Shown here one piece after another: positions 38,004 through 51,400 of a stretch of DNA of 64,000 bases. The notes beneath the pieces are model-generated. The model saw only the letters and a program-made list of their open reading frames with translations. It searched no databases and was not told the origin of the DNA. This DNA comes from Antedon mediterranea. Lineage: Eukaryota; Animalia; Echinodermata. Position 1 is the first letter of the stretch, and each line of letters opens with the position of its first letter. Location: contig NC_092671.1 of assembly GCF_964355755.1 (NCBI RefSeq), forward strand, positions 4,960,001 through 5,024,000. The letters are read 5' to 3'. The translations under genes were made by a program, and so were the position numbers.

Positions 38004-38889
38004 ACCAGATTTTAAACAACTACAGACAAGTACTTGATGAACGTTATTAGTAAACCAAATAGGTTCCCAACCTGTGTTACATCTACCATTTGGGTCAGTG
38101 AATCTTTATTTCTAGTACAGGTAGTAAATACTGTTTTTCACCCACCAAGGTTTGGCATACAATCAACCGGGTGTGTAAAACCGTGAATTTCCAACTACAG
38201 TAACGTAGTAGAAAATACATGATTTTATTTGGTTAATGAACACTACTTTTATGGCATCCTTTCTTTTCAAAATATCAAATTTTTGCCAAATGAAATTTTG
38301 TGTGGACAGAAAAGAAGAATGATGCATCGCATATTCGTATAGTCCGGATTCTTACTGTATTAATTACAAGGATGGACACACCTTTTCTGACCTTAACATA
38401 CTCTTGGAAAACACATGCTTTTCAATGAGTGGTCTCTGAAAGGATCGGCCTTATTTGATCACTGGTTACAATGGATGCCGTTGTCAAGACAACTGGTGAA
38501 GGTAGCCTATAATGCCTGCTTTTTAAATAAAGAAGACAAATGAGTTGGGTGTGTCTTTTTGTTACAATTTTATTGTATTTGTTTTCAGACAGTGAAAATA
38601 TATAAAATGTGTGAACTAATCTATTAAAAACTATTATTATTTTCATCATACACAAACATTTTTATAACATTGTAAACAATGAAATGCAATGAATTTTTTC
38701 GAGAAATTAATGATTATTTTATTTGTATTATTTAAAATATTCATTACTTTACAATTTTTTTACAGATTATTTTTAAATTTATAAATTAACTGATAATTTA
38801 ATTTAATAATTTGAACATTTCAATGTAGGAAATATTTTATACATATAATTATAATTTGTATACAGGGGAAGAGTTTTGCTTGTTTAATT

Positions 38890-40619
38890 TTAATATTTAA
38901 ACATTTTGATTGTGCTGTCATCGTAATTTGCTACAGCAACCGTACGTGGGTTATATGAAATGATACATAACTGATTTGGATAATTAATTCTATCTTCTTG
39001 TTTATCAATTCTTTTGATGAATTGTCCATCACTACTGAAAAGTTGTAGTTTGTGGTAACTTAAGACGGTGATGTTACCATCCTCATCAACTACAACTCCA
39101 CATGGCATCATCACCTTACCATCCTCAGCTCCTCCATTGATAATTACTTTCATTGACTGGTTAATATCATACAATAATACTTGACTCTGTCCAGCATCTG
39201 CTACAAGTACTTTACCAGTTTTGTAAGTGTAACATCAGAGTATCCATTGAAAATTCCTTTCTTTTGCATTCCTATCTTCTTCAACAGCTTACCATTAATT
39301 ATGTCAAACATGAAAAAACATTCAATGTGCCAATCTGCTACATATATAACATTAGTTGCCTCATCTATGTGGATACCACATGGGTTTTTCAATACACCTT
39401 TACCAATGGATTTGATCACATGACCATTCATATTACATACTTGAATGCATTTATTACCTTCATTACTGAATGCTATGTTGTCATTCTTCATTCTGGACAT
39501 GCTGTAAACTTTCACACCTTCTGGTAGTGTAATCTTTCTTATACATCCTCCTGATACTTTGTATTTGTAAATTTCATTTGTGAGCAATGAAACCAGCAAA
39601 TCATCATCATCACACTTTACCACTCCTCTAGGGGTAACCTCTACTTTGATAGTAAGTGGTTTGAATACATTACCAATGTCATCACATTTTGCTACTGTGC
39701 TAGGCATATCCTCTTCCTTAATATTAACTGGTTTCAATATAACTTTTTCAATGTCATTTTCTTGTAATAAATCAGTTGGATGTTGGTTTCTGATAAAGTT
39801 AATTTGTCTAGTAGTACTGACTTGCTTGATTTCTTCAGATTTGTTAATTTCATCCATCATTTTATTTAATACAATCTCACTTGATTTCATAGCAGTTGCA
39901 GGCTCACTCATTAATAACTGATTTAAGGAACTCATATGTTTAGTCAATTCAGAATTGATTTTTGTTAGATTTTGAATTTGTTCGTCATTAACTTTCTTTT
40001 CATTTTTATAAGATGTTTCAACTTTTTCCTTCATTTCATCCGCTTTTTTCTGGATATCTTTGAGACTTGCCTCTTTACTTTCTTTCAGTTCTTTACCATT
40101 CTTTGTCACTATTTCGAGTTCGTTTTCTATATTTTTTATGGATTCATTGGCAGCTTTCTTTAAGTCGTCTGAGGTTTCTTTAAACGTATTAAATGCTGTA
40201 ACAATGTTAATTAGTTCATGTTTTCCATCCCCAGCAACGTGTTCCATTTCAGTGCATTCTATGCATATTGGTACTTTACATTTTGTGCAATACATTTTCA
40301 ATGGTTTAGCATGAGAAAGGCACAGAGAGGTAGTGCCTTTAACCTCATCTTTCTGTTCATGTTGTATGACAGTTTCCAAGAGGTTGTTAAGAAATGGGTT
40401 TGGTGCAAGATTTTGCAGCCCTCCTACTTGAATGGGATTTGACTTGCGACAAATAGGGCATGTCAGCTTGCCATTGTTGGTATGAACCCAATTCCACAAA
40501 CACTTCAGACAAAAACTATGATGGCAGCTAAGTGATTTTGGATTTTCTAATCTGTCATTACAGATAGAACATTCTAGTTCTTTCTCATCTATAGACACAT
40601 TTACATTGTTGCTAGCCAT
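38890..40619 (-). pseudogene. TRIM-NHL-like (RING, B-box, coiled coil, NHL propeller) single coding exon with a 1-nt frameshift near 39220
   Basis: CSIC...LSCHHSFCLKC...CPIC; C..H.....YC..C...IC..C....H; NHL repeats continue in another frame (TGKVLVADAGQSQVLLYD) to the stop at 38890; acceptor cttgcag|G directly before ATG 40619. Confidence 0.8.
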
Positions 40620-41262
40620 CCTGCAAGAGCAATTGTAACAAGTGATTTTTTTTATGTAGACATTTAATATAGCAATAGTTTTTTTGTTACCTAAAATACA
40701 CAAGAACTTAAAATCAACATACTAAAAGTAATGATTGTTACACCATGTTAAGTAATTACAGTCTATCGATGTATATATATATGATCATGTATTTAGGCAA
40801 ATTTTCAAAATTGAATCATTGTTCTAATAATGGCTCAATATCATTACAAAGTTGCTTAATGTATACATACCGTAACCCATTTGGAAGCCTACAAACAACT
40901 GTTTAAATTTAAAACAGATTCAAGTTTATAAGACCAATTCTAAGTGATTCAATTGTAGACAGATTCTCACCTCCTCCAAAATATTAAAATTAATTGTTTT
41001 AATATAGCTTTTATTACAGTGAATTATTAATTTAAATAGACCGCACTGTAAAACGAAAACATTTATTTGATTATTCACTTCTTAAATCTAAAATAGAAAA
41101 ATCCATAATGGTTTTAGGAAATTTTGTAAAGCTGAAATTGTAATTATAATATGTTTTAAAAAAATGCCTTGTTGAAGCTTTCCTAATACGTGCAGATGTG
41201 GTCGTTGCAAAATGACTAGTAAGGGATGTATTTCATGACACCTGGTATTTAGTAAGTTATCA

Positions 41263-42650
41263 GTTTAGTTTCAGTTTCAGATTTATTTCACACAAAAATA
41301 CACAGTAAATACATTTTTTATAAGTAATAATAAAATGTGTGTGGAGATTGCAATAAGCCAAATTGGCGTTAGGTCTGAACCTCCAAATAAAACAAATATA
41401 TAAATATAAATATGGTAATGACTGAAATAAGTAGAAAAATAATACAAAATAGAGGCATTTTAAAAAAGTTGTTCTTAGTGCAGGAAAAAGACAAAAAACT
41501 AATGTGCATAACTATGAATTAATAATTGTTTATATTTTTTTTAAAGAAGCTGAAGTATTTGACAATTTGAGGTTAAAAGGCAAAATATTCCATAAATATG
41601 GTCCATAATAAAAGATGTCCTACGAAGTAAAATAGAAAACCTTTCATAAATGATATTTTTAGAAGTCGAAGAATGCAATTGACAAAAATATGAAAAGAAA
41701 GTATTAAATTGTGAAGGAAGCTGGTTATTACTGAAACAAAACATTAACATGGCTGTTTGAAGTTTGTTGATATCGAGAATAATATAATACAAGAGTGTTG
41801 TAGAGTGAGAATAAAATATCAAATGGAAGTATGTGTTTGAGTTTAGATAACATTCCAACATTTCTTGATACCGTTTTATAAATATTGGCAATATGAACGC
41901 CCAAATTTAATTGGGATTCAACTATAGCCCCAAAAAATCGGACGATATCTGATGGTAGATCTTTAGATTTCTTATCATGATTAAAGTAAATTAGGTTAGT
42001 TTTGGATAAATTAGGTGATAATTTGTTAACTTTAAACCATGCAGAAATATTCTGTAATTCTATATTAATTGATGATATAAGGGTGTGTACATTTTCATGT
42101 GAAAAAACAAAATTAAGTTAATAACTTTGAAGTGTTAGGGAGATCGTTTACATATATTAAGCCATGGACCTAAAATTGACCCTTGGTATGCCACAAGTAA
42201 TGGGCAAAATATGGGAATTAATTGAATTAATAGATGTAATTGCTGTTAATTAAGTTTAGTGAGCCTCTAACGCCATAATGGGAGCTTTACGGAAACCGTA
42301 TTGATTGTCAATGTCATGTATAATAATATATTTGGTAAAAAAGGACAATAGCCTGTTATAAATTATTTTGTCAAAGATTTTTGAAAAACAAGGAAACAGA
42401 GCTATGGGTCTGTAATTAAAAAATTGGTGTGGATCATCTTTTTTACATATGGGTATAATTTTAGCAATTTTCAGTGCATTCGGAAATTTTCCAGACTGAA
42501 GTGAAATGTTAAAAAAAAACGGTTTGCAAATAAAAGGGGTTATTTTCTTTATTACTTCTAAAATTTAACAATCACCACCAAGCCACAACTCCACTACAAT
42601 TTTTAAAGCCTGTTTCTCTGTTAATGTTACAATGAGTTGCTTTGAATCAA
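41263..42650 (-). mobile_element. Degenerate 5'-truncated L2/CR1-like LINE (RT remnant)
   Basis: Disrupted NYRPIALFPCFSKIFDKIIYNRL (about 42350..42420) and ITCG.PQGSILGP (about 42165..42200); AATAAA plus (ctgaaa)n tail at 41263..41288. Confidence 0.78.
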
Positions 42651-43240
42651 CACACTATGCTTCCCGAGATCAAATGGAAAGGTTCAAAACAGACATACCA
42701 GTTTATAAGACCAAATCTAAGTGATTAGATTGTAGATAGATTCTCATCTCTATTCTTCCAAAAATATTTAAATTTATTTTTTAATACAAAGCATAAAACA
42801 TGGATGGAATAATGCCTATAAGTAAGTTTCACTTTATAAAACTATCTTTTAATAGATATTTCCTATATTGTATTTATTACAATTCCTTATTTCCTACATT
42901 TGGCACTGAAATTCGCTAAACAAAAATGCGATAACATTTTAAATAATAAAATAGATATAATTCATGTTTGAAGATGCATACAAAACCAAAAATGTATGAT
43001 TAAATTATTATATAATTTTGAACTGGAAACTATAAAAAAAACCCTTAACCATTTTTTCCATCAAGGTATTCAATTTGGAGTGTGTATAAAAATGCATTAA
43101 ATACAACATAATGATATTAACTACCAAATGCACTATAGTTCATCATTAAATACCAGTTTTATTATCAAGGTATTAAGTTTGGAATGTGTAAATTCATAAA
43201 ATATAACATAATTATATTATTAATATAACTATTACAGACA

Positions 43241-44803
43241 CTATAGTTCATCATGTGCCTTCCCTATAAACTCCAATTTTGATATTATTCCATCACCGTT
43301 GATATCTTGATGTGAAAATACCGCTCGAACTGCATCCTTTGTGGTTAAATCATTGGTACCCTTCTGGATGTAGTAGTAAATCATCTGCAAAAGAAAAACA
43401 AATTGCACATAAATAAGCTAAAGATGGTTCTTATAAAGGGGTTGTTTGGTTCTCCTGCTGTATAGTCAACATATATGTATAATCAAGTAAAAGTCCTGTA
43501 AGACCGAATTCTAGCTGAGGAGTCGATTACATTTATGTACATGCGAAGTCCACACAGAGGATCATTGTTAAAACCCGCAACTAATGTCGAACGAATTCCT
43601 TCAATTCATTGCTGTATTTTTTTTTTATACTAGGTGACCTCTTAAGAGGGCCCAGGATCATGATTAGTACACCAGGAGGGAGAGGATCCCCTTCTCTTTT
43701 TGAATATTGTAGGCCTATTGAGTTTTATATTCAATTAATCAAAATATGTGAATATCAAGAATAATGCAGAACAATAATTTGATTAAATAGAGTTAAATAA
43801 AAAAAAAAAGCAAAGCTTGTGAGAGGCAGCCTATAAGCCAAGGGAAAACAAACAATGGACCAGAAACAGGAATAAAAAAATTGTACACATAAGCAATGTT
43901 TGGTACACAGGAACGGGCAAAACATTGCTTAAGGTCAATGATCTGTATGGGCGTATATAATATCATGTCAGCCCAATTTTTTCAGGAATTCACCCTCATA
44001 CACAAACTAACACACACACCACCACACACTGCATTATAAAAATCATTCCAAGTAATATATCACCTCTTTCATGGTTATATGGCCATCATTATTACTATCC
44101 ATAACATAAAATTTTCTTAGTCTTGGAGCTTCATCTCGAATTTCCAGAAGCTCAAAATGGTAAATTACAGTTGTATCGTCAAATGGAACCATTGATGATC
44201 CTGAAAATATTGAAAAAAAAGCTATAAGTTTAAAGAAAACTGACAAAATTCTGTTTTTTTATTCCATCAGACATTTTTTAAACTGTAATGATATTAATAT
44301 AACAATAATATATCAATACGACTATGGTCTACTTGCATGAACAAATTAATGTAATGTTATGTAAACCTACCTGAAATACCTCCCTTCTGTAGTGGACCAG
44401 GTGGAATGGTTACCTCTCTTTTCTCTCCAACACACATATCTTCTAGGCCTTGTTCCCATCCTAACATTGCAAGGTGTTGTCCTAATCGCACTTGCTTAGG
44501 GTGACCACTTTCGAGCCTTTTAACATAAAACCATTATAGAAATAATATGTTCTTCATAATTTATAGCCACAAAAAAAATGAATTGTAAATGGTTACTTAC
44601 GACGAATCAAACTGCTTTCCATTTTCTTGGTTGATACCTATGTAATGTAACACTAAAAGGTCCCCAGACTCACTCCTCACTTCACAATCAGACGGGCGGT
44701 ACAGAATCTCTATCCTAACTTCATTTTCAGTATTCATGGCTGAGAGAAAAGATATAAACAAAAAGCATGTACAACACTGAAGATAAATATAATAACTCGC
44801 CAT
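43241..44803 (-). CDS. ER-luminal FKBP7/FKBP14-like protein; exons 44803..44601, 44516..44371, 44200..44064, 43384..43241; 209 aa
   Basis: Signal peptide; GDLLVLHYIG...FDSS and GWEQGLEDMCVGEKREVTIPP; two EF-hands (DSNNDGHITMKE, DINGDGIISKLE); C-terminal HDEL. Confidence 0.9.
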
Positions 44804-44836
44804 GGTTTGTATTAGTTTAGAATAAATATCGATAAT

Positions 44837-44846
44837 GATGACGTGT
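44837..44846 (+). promoter_or_regulatory. UPRE/XBP1-like element GATGACGTGT just upstream of the FKBP ATG
   Basis: Consensus match next to an HDEL-protein gene; CCAAT (45183) and TGACGTCA (45207) lie further upstream. Motif evidence only. Confidence 0.3.
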
Positions 44847-47338
44847 GCAGCTATTTTAATAGGTGTACTAAAAACATTTTGTATGCTTTTATTGTTTACT
44901 ACTAGACTTCGCTGGAACACGATAACCTTTGAACCTTCATTCAAAAGGAATATCTTTATCCGAGCTATCGAACCGATCCGAATATTACCGAACACGTGTA
45001 GTAGTAGTTTTAGTACACACAAAATGTGCGGCTTTTCTCGTTTTATCTGAATGTTATACCTTTTAAGCATATTATCAATTATTGTAGACTACGAATGTCA
45101 AAAAATGAAAACCGTTATTATAGAAAAAGTACGTACACAACACGTACGTAACATCGAAGTTGCTCTGAAAAATGAGTTTTGACCAATCGCATTGTTCGTC
45201 ACATTGTGACGTCATTTAAGAAGAAACTTTCCTCCAACAAAATTATCGTCTGCTGGCCTTTCCATTTAAATTCTCACGGAAAAAGATTTGAATTAATTTT
45301 ATTTATGACCATGTTATGACACTACAGAAAAGGTAAGATCAATTTAGCTTTTTAATTAATATTCGTTAGACACAATTATAATTTAGTGATTCAATTTATT
45401 ACTTTAAAAAACATGTTTTGTATGCTTTTCATGCCATGGTGGCCGAGGCTAAGTTTATCTGCCTGCTCTTGCTAACCACCAGGAACAAGTTCCACACCCT
45501 GGTCCTCCTCTAGTAGGCCTAAAGTATATTTTGTATCCTAACTCTTAAAAATCACCTTACCCATAGCCTTTTAGTAAATAATTTAGTCTATCATAATCAA
45601 TATTAATATGTAATCATTTCAATTTATTATTAATTTTAGTACTGTGGGTGGTTCATGTCAAAATATGTTTGAAACCTGACCAACAAACTGGCTCAACCAT
45701 ACTTGCCTCTCCATCTTGACAGAACAACGCTTATTGAGAATTATGAAAACAACTAAACTCAAAATATAAAGACATTTTTGACACAAATATATATTTTATA
45801 TTTTTTTTTATTTTGAAAAGTCCATAATCCTTTTTCACGCTATCATGCATTGACTGTTGTCAATTAAATAATATAATCTATTATCATTCATACACTTAGT
45901 ATATTCCTGCTCAAATCAACTTATTCATGATCACCCTAAACCCACAACCAAACTTGAACTTAAGTTTTTGCTCAAACCTTAATTAACATTGAATATTCTA
46001 CCACCTAGCACAATGCTTTATACCACAAACGTTTTGACACACTGATTTTGTTTTGAATTACCTTTAAATATTTCTGTTGATTTTTTATCACTAAAATGCA
46101 TCATCACACATAATGTCACATAGCAATGGATAGCAAAGGATAACACAAAAATATAAATTTTAAGATCTATCACCCCCTCAGCATGCAAACAATGTTAAAG
46201 CTAACATACTTTCAAAACGCAAAATGCTATAAAATTTCCATAATTTTATAAACGAACAACTGATAAGTTTACACTCAGTTTTAATTTTATCACGCATGCA
46301 CTAATTTTCATCCAACATATATCAAAAATTAAATTTAAATATTCTCAAAATTATTCTAAATAGCTGAAATGGGGATTTGGATATTACAATCACTATCCAC
46401 TAATTTAACCAATCTCAAAATCAAACCTCTGCATAATTACGCATTCTTTAGCCTTTCATTAAGCATTTTTTAAGTCATTCCAACCATTTGTAACGCTAGT
46501 TTTCAAAGATGGCCTAAAACGCAAGGCGGCCTAATATTGAGAAATTAATATGTTTTCCTAGACAAATTATTTAATCATTTTTCTGAAATTATGCATGCAC
46601 TGATCCAATCACACCAGATATTGTACATTTTTTGAATTTTTTTGAATTTCAACCATCGTTAAAGTTCCAGTTTAGCCCAAATTGAGTTTATCTAGTTTGT
46701 ATACTTCTTTACCACGAAAGGGCACTAGCCAATCAAATGACACCAAATCTAAGGAATCCAAGTAGAGCCAGGTAATTGGAGTGAATCTACATCAACATTT
46801 TTGGCTACATATTTATCTATATTGTGCAAAATAATTAACTTTTAACACACGTTTACAGTTTTAAAATTTAAAACTGCATTTCTTGAAGTGACAATGTTTT
46901 CTTACTATATAACATCAGCAAAAGTTGTTACATCACCATACATCTTTTTCTCACACAAATGAACACTGAACTATTTAAGACTGGTGCTCAAAGATAAATT
47001 ATGCTCGTATATAAATTACATCTATTTTTGGCGTATTTACATTGTTTCATTGCAAAATGTTTTTTAAAATCTATGTTTTACAGCAAAGTAAAACCATCCA
47101 CGTTCAGTTATGACATCATTCAAAATAAACCAATCAGCAACAAGCAAGTACCTCATAAATCATTCACTACTGCAAATACATATCTTAATTCTTAACACAT
47201 GCTAACATACCAATTCCTTTAAAATATTTTTTACAAATGGCTGTAATTATTACATATTCAACTGCTTTATATTAATTTGAAGGTAGGGTCCTATCTCATA
47301 CAGTACCTATTGGAACATATATGAAAAGTATTTATTAA

Positions 47339-47472
47339 AGATCTGTCTAGACTATAAAACTAATTTGAAAAGTATGATGAGCCCAAATATGGTAGTGATA
47401 TGATGTCATAGTGTCCACATATGGGCACATCACATTTTTTTTATCACAAAGTTTGATAGTGTAGACAGAGCT
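47339..47472. mobile_element. MITE (same family as 21156..21286) in the probable NBR1 3' UTR
   Basis: agatctgtctagactata...gatagtgtagacagagct with TAA/TTA flanks. Confidence 0.65.
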
Positions 47473-48425
47473 TTACAGTTCTCCTATGAACCATAGTACC
47501 ATGTCATGTAGTCATGGAGCCAAACTATGGCTTAAGCTGCCAACGTGGTGTTGTAGTAGGACGTAATGCCTATATAGAACAAGTTGCTTATACAAAATGA
47601 AACGAGAGAGTAATAATAGCATAATTTCATATGTACTACTAATACTGTGTAAATACTTCAAGGACTGACTATTCTATATTATAGAATGTGTTATATAATA
47701 TCATATTTATCAATAATAAGCTGTGTATATGTGCATAAGATATTTTTTACAATGTGTTAATTATTATCCTATTAATGTTCACAGTTTCCTAATAGTCAGA
47801 AACACTGAATTTGTAATTTTTCTTATCATCTTAATTCAAAACTTTTAAACCAAAATAGAGGAAACAAATATTCTAATTACTTTAAAAAAAAGTCAAATGT
47901 TTTTGTTACCAATCAAAATTAATTTTCGTTTTTGGATACTCCCATTAAACAAATAATTCTACCTAAAATAATTTTGTAAACAAATTGTTTAAAAGAACCA
48001 AAAAAATGTATATAATATACAGGAAAAATATATACTTATGAACATGGAAATCTAGTAGTACAATTGAGGGAATTCATACAAACAGCTAGTTAATTAATCT
48101 AAAATATTAATTAATGATAATGTTCCAAGTAATGAATAAACACATTTCTGAGTAAGTAGCATGATCTTAATACATATTGAATATGTTGTCTTGTTAGTAT
48201 TAATGTGACTATCCACTAACACAATAATTATATCATGAAATAGTGAGGGGTACACTGTGACCTCTTTCACCTCATAGACTATCAGTAAATGTAAATAACG
48301 ACACAACAATCATCTCTCTCACTTATATTATACAATATATATATCATAATATTCACGATATGCATTAAGTAAACAGAAAATCAAATCTATCAAAATATAT
48401 ATAAATTATTTTTTCTTGTCATCGT

Positions 48426-51400
48426 CTAATGTCTTGTGCCTGACCAGTCTTGGTCTTCATCAGCAAGAAGAGCTTGTACCGTCAAATGGATATTGTCTTC
48501 AAACTTTGTCAACAATCGGCTGTTTTGTTCTCGGTTTCCGAATCCCATTTCCAGAAGTTGATCCATGGCGGACGTGTAGTGCACTTGGTCACGAGTGAAG
48601 TTGCGAGCTGGTTTCTCGTCCTGTAACAGAAATGTAACCATTTAAGATATAATAAGCCAAGATTATAAAGTGCAAATTGAAGTTCTGGCCAATGAGTCTT
48701 AAACCTGCTCTGGTTTCAGCTTTTCAAATAAAATTGTGTCTTGTGTTATTTGTGGTTACATACCAATTGAGTAAAAATTAAAACTGGTTGTCTTGAAACA
48801 TGGTGGAAAACTATATACTTACACAAGCCTGTTGTGTTCCAAACAAAGCTTGAACGGAGCTAGCAGCCCCATCATAGACCTGTTTGGCGATGATACTAGC
48901 AATCGAAGCGGCACGCACTGTAGCAACACTACAAAAGAAAAGGAAAAATACAATATTAGTCCATGAATGAATCTGTTTCATTTAATATTTATATGTGATT
49001 CATATTCGTATATATATTGTTTCCATGTTGTTGGTAATTTTGGAATTGTATGTACTCTCCATTCATTTTTGCCGGTCACTTGTAATTTATGATTGCAGAT
49101 TTGTTATGTAGTATATATGTAGTCATTTTAAAATAAACATACCCAAGTAAGTCCATTGGGTCATGTTCATCATACACATCTCGTCTTGCTTCGTTAACTG
49201 TTGATATTCCCTCATCTTGGGGATTCTCCTCGTTGTTTTCATCATCATTGTTTTCATCCTCCTCTTCATTATTGTCATCTTCCTCGTCATCGTTATTATC
49301 AGTTGTTTCGCTATCATCATCGCTCGATCCTTGCATGTTTTCAGTCGTCTCGGCCGTATCATGGAAAGTTTCTTCTTCTTCTTGTAAGATTTCAGTAATA
49401 GCACCCTCAACATTTTTCACTTCTTCAGGCACCTAAAAAAAGCATCAATCCATCATAAAATATTACAAGAGAAATCATACTCTATTGTATCTAAAACAAT
49501 TAAAGGCTTTCAAACTATGGCATACACAAATATGCATGCTTTCCATACTATACCTGTGTACCCTTTTTCCCTGTTCGGTTGTTACTGTCAATCTGACAAT
49601 CCATTTTTTCTATGTTATGCCTTTCATACCTAATATCATCTATGGGATGCAGTTGGTGCCAAAATTGTTCAGAAAAATATAGTATAGAATGAATGATATC
49701 TTACAATTATATCCTCAATAATAATATTACTCTTTCTCTGGTGCAGTTGTGCATCATTGATTATTAGCGTAGCAGGAGTAACAATAGGAGTCAATGGAAC
49801 TGTATAAATGTCTTGTGATGTGCAGAGGATCTCATCAACATCTTTTACGGGTAGCTCTATGACCTCTGTGCTGTCGGTGGTGCATGCTGATGCGCTTTGA
49901 GATCTAACCATTGAAGATCCAGCCTAAGTAGTCAAAATAAATATTTACTGAAGTAAGTAAATAGTTTGTAACAATTTTGAAATGCATTTTGTTTAGGTTT
50001 TAGATATTAACACATGCATTGTTACAGCTATATTTTTCAAAAAACAGAGTTTTCTTATTGTAAGGTCCCAAAAATGCAAATACATTGTAAAACCAGACTT
50101 TAGGGAAAGACTGACATTTTGGGCTAACACTAAATCATGCACTTGCCTGAGAGGTAACAGAGTCCCTTCTGATAGTCATAGATGATGTGATTGGAATATC
50201 GGTGTTGAAACAATCTGGCAGAGGTACAACAATAAAATCCTCTAGTAAATCCTCTGAGCAAGTGCTTAAAACATCACAATCATCTGAAATACAACAAAAT
50301 ATAGAATTAATATACTAGTCATGTTAATGTCAGTTAAAACTGTTATTGAGAGACTCTTTCCAGCTTGGTTTCTTCTATCATTCTGAATTTTTTTTTCACT
50401 TTGTGCCTTCCATACTTATCATATTCAAAGATATAATCAATTTTCTTTATTACTTACTGTGATTATCAATATTGCCAGTCTCGCCTTTTTCAGAGCTGAT
50501 TATTTCCAGTTCATCAGTAGCTAGTAAGATAAAAAAAAATTGAAAAAAGTTATTGAGAGCATAATGTTAAAAAGTTCCTTACAAAGATGTTTTTGATTAG
50601 ATGACTAACCCAGATCCTGGCTACAATACCAGTGCTTGTGTTTATCTTATTCAGAGCTTTCAGTCTTGACAATCAAAGCTTTAGTATAGTACCATTCTGG
50701 TTTACTCTTTCTTTCTGGAGTAAATCCAGATTTTTGTTGGCATGGTGGTCCTATAGAAAATTGAAATCTCCCCAATATAATAGACTTACCAGGTGTGCTA
50801 TCATCTGCCTTAGCTGCCTCTTCTTCGACAATGTTTGGGTCAGATTTGGTTTCAGTCTCACCCTCAAGGTCAAACACGCACGTATCTGGCAGAGTAAACT
50901 GTTGCTCATTCGCTTGTGGGACAGGTGATATGCAAGGAGTCAAACCTGAAACAACAACACAAGATGTTCTTTCATCAAATTATCAGAATATTCAAAATAA
51001 TTTACATAAAAACTCACAAATTAAAATATAAGTGGTTTTCAAAGTTTGTGTTACTTCTTGAGTTATTACTCTTCTCAGAGGTTAAACGGACCATGTTGGT
51101 TTATCCAGGTAGGTTAGGCATGCAATAGATTGTAGGTAGATTTTAGGATTCTTGTGAGGGAATCTCAAAGAGGCTTTTATAGGTATAGTAAAGCTCCTGG
51201 GCCTTTTTTTAGGGAGAATTTGGTAACAATCTTAACTCATTGACTATTAATTAGACATTATTTCAATCATGGAGGAAATATTTCCTCCATATTTTGATGC
51301 ACATACAAGAACTCACCAATTGGAGTATTGTTAGGAGTAGCAGTCGATGCTGGTCTGCCACCACTCTCATTTCTGTCTGTAATTTTCAACATTTCAAATG

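Noticed and set aside
40920-43255. Short local duplications (40920..41000 vs 42699..42785; 43060..43146 vs 43163..43254, the latter including the DEL-stop)
   Set aside because: Diverged non-coding duplications with no evident function.
45200-45760. Possible plus-strand transcript divergent from FKBP (donor AAG|gtaaga near 45332)
   Set aside because: Only splice-like motifs; no ORF or other evidence.
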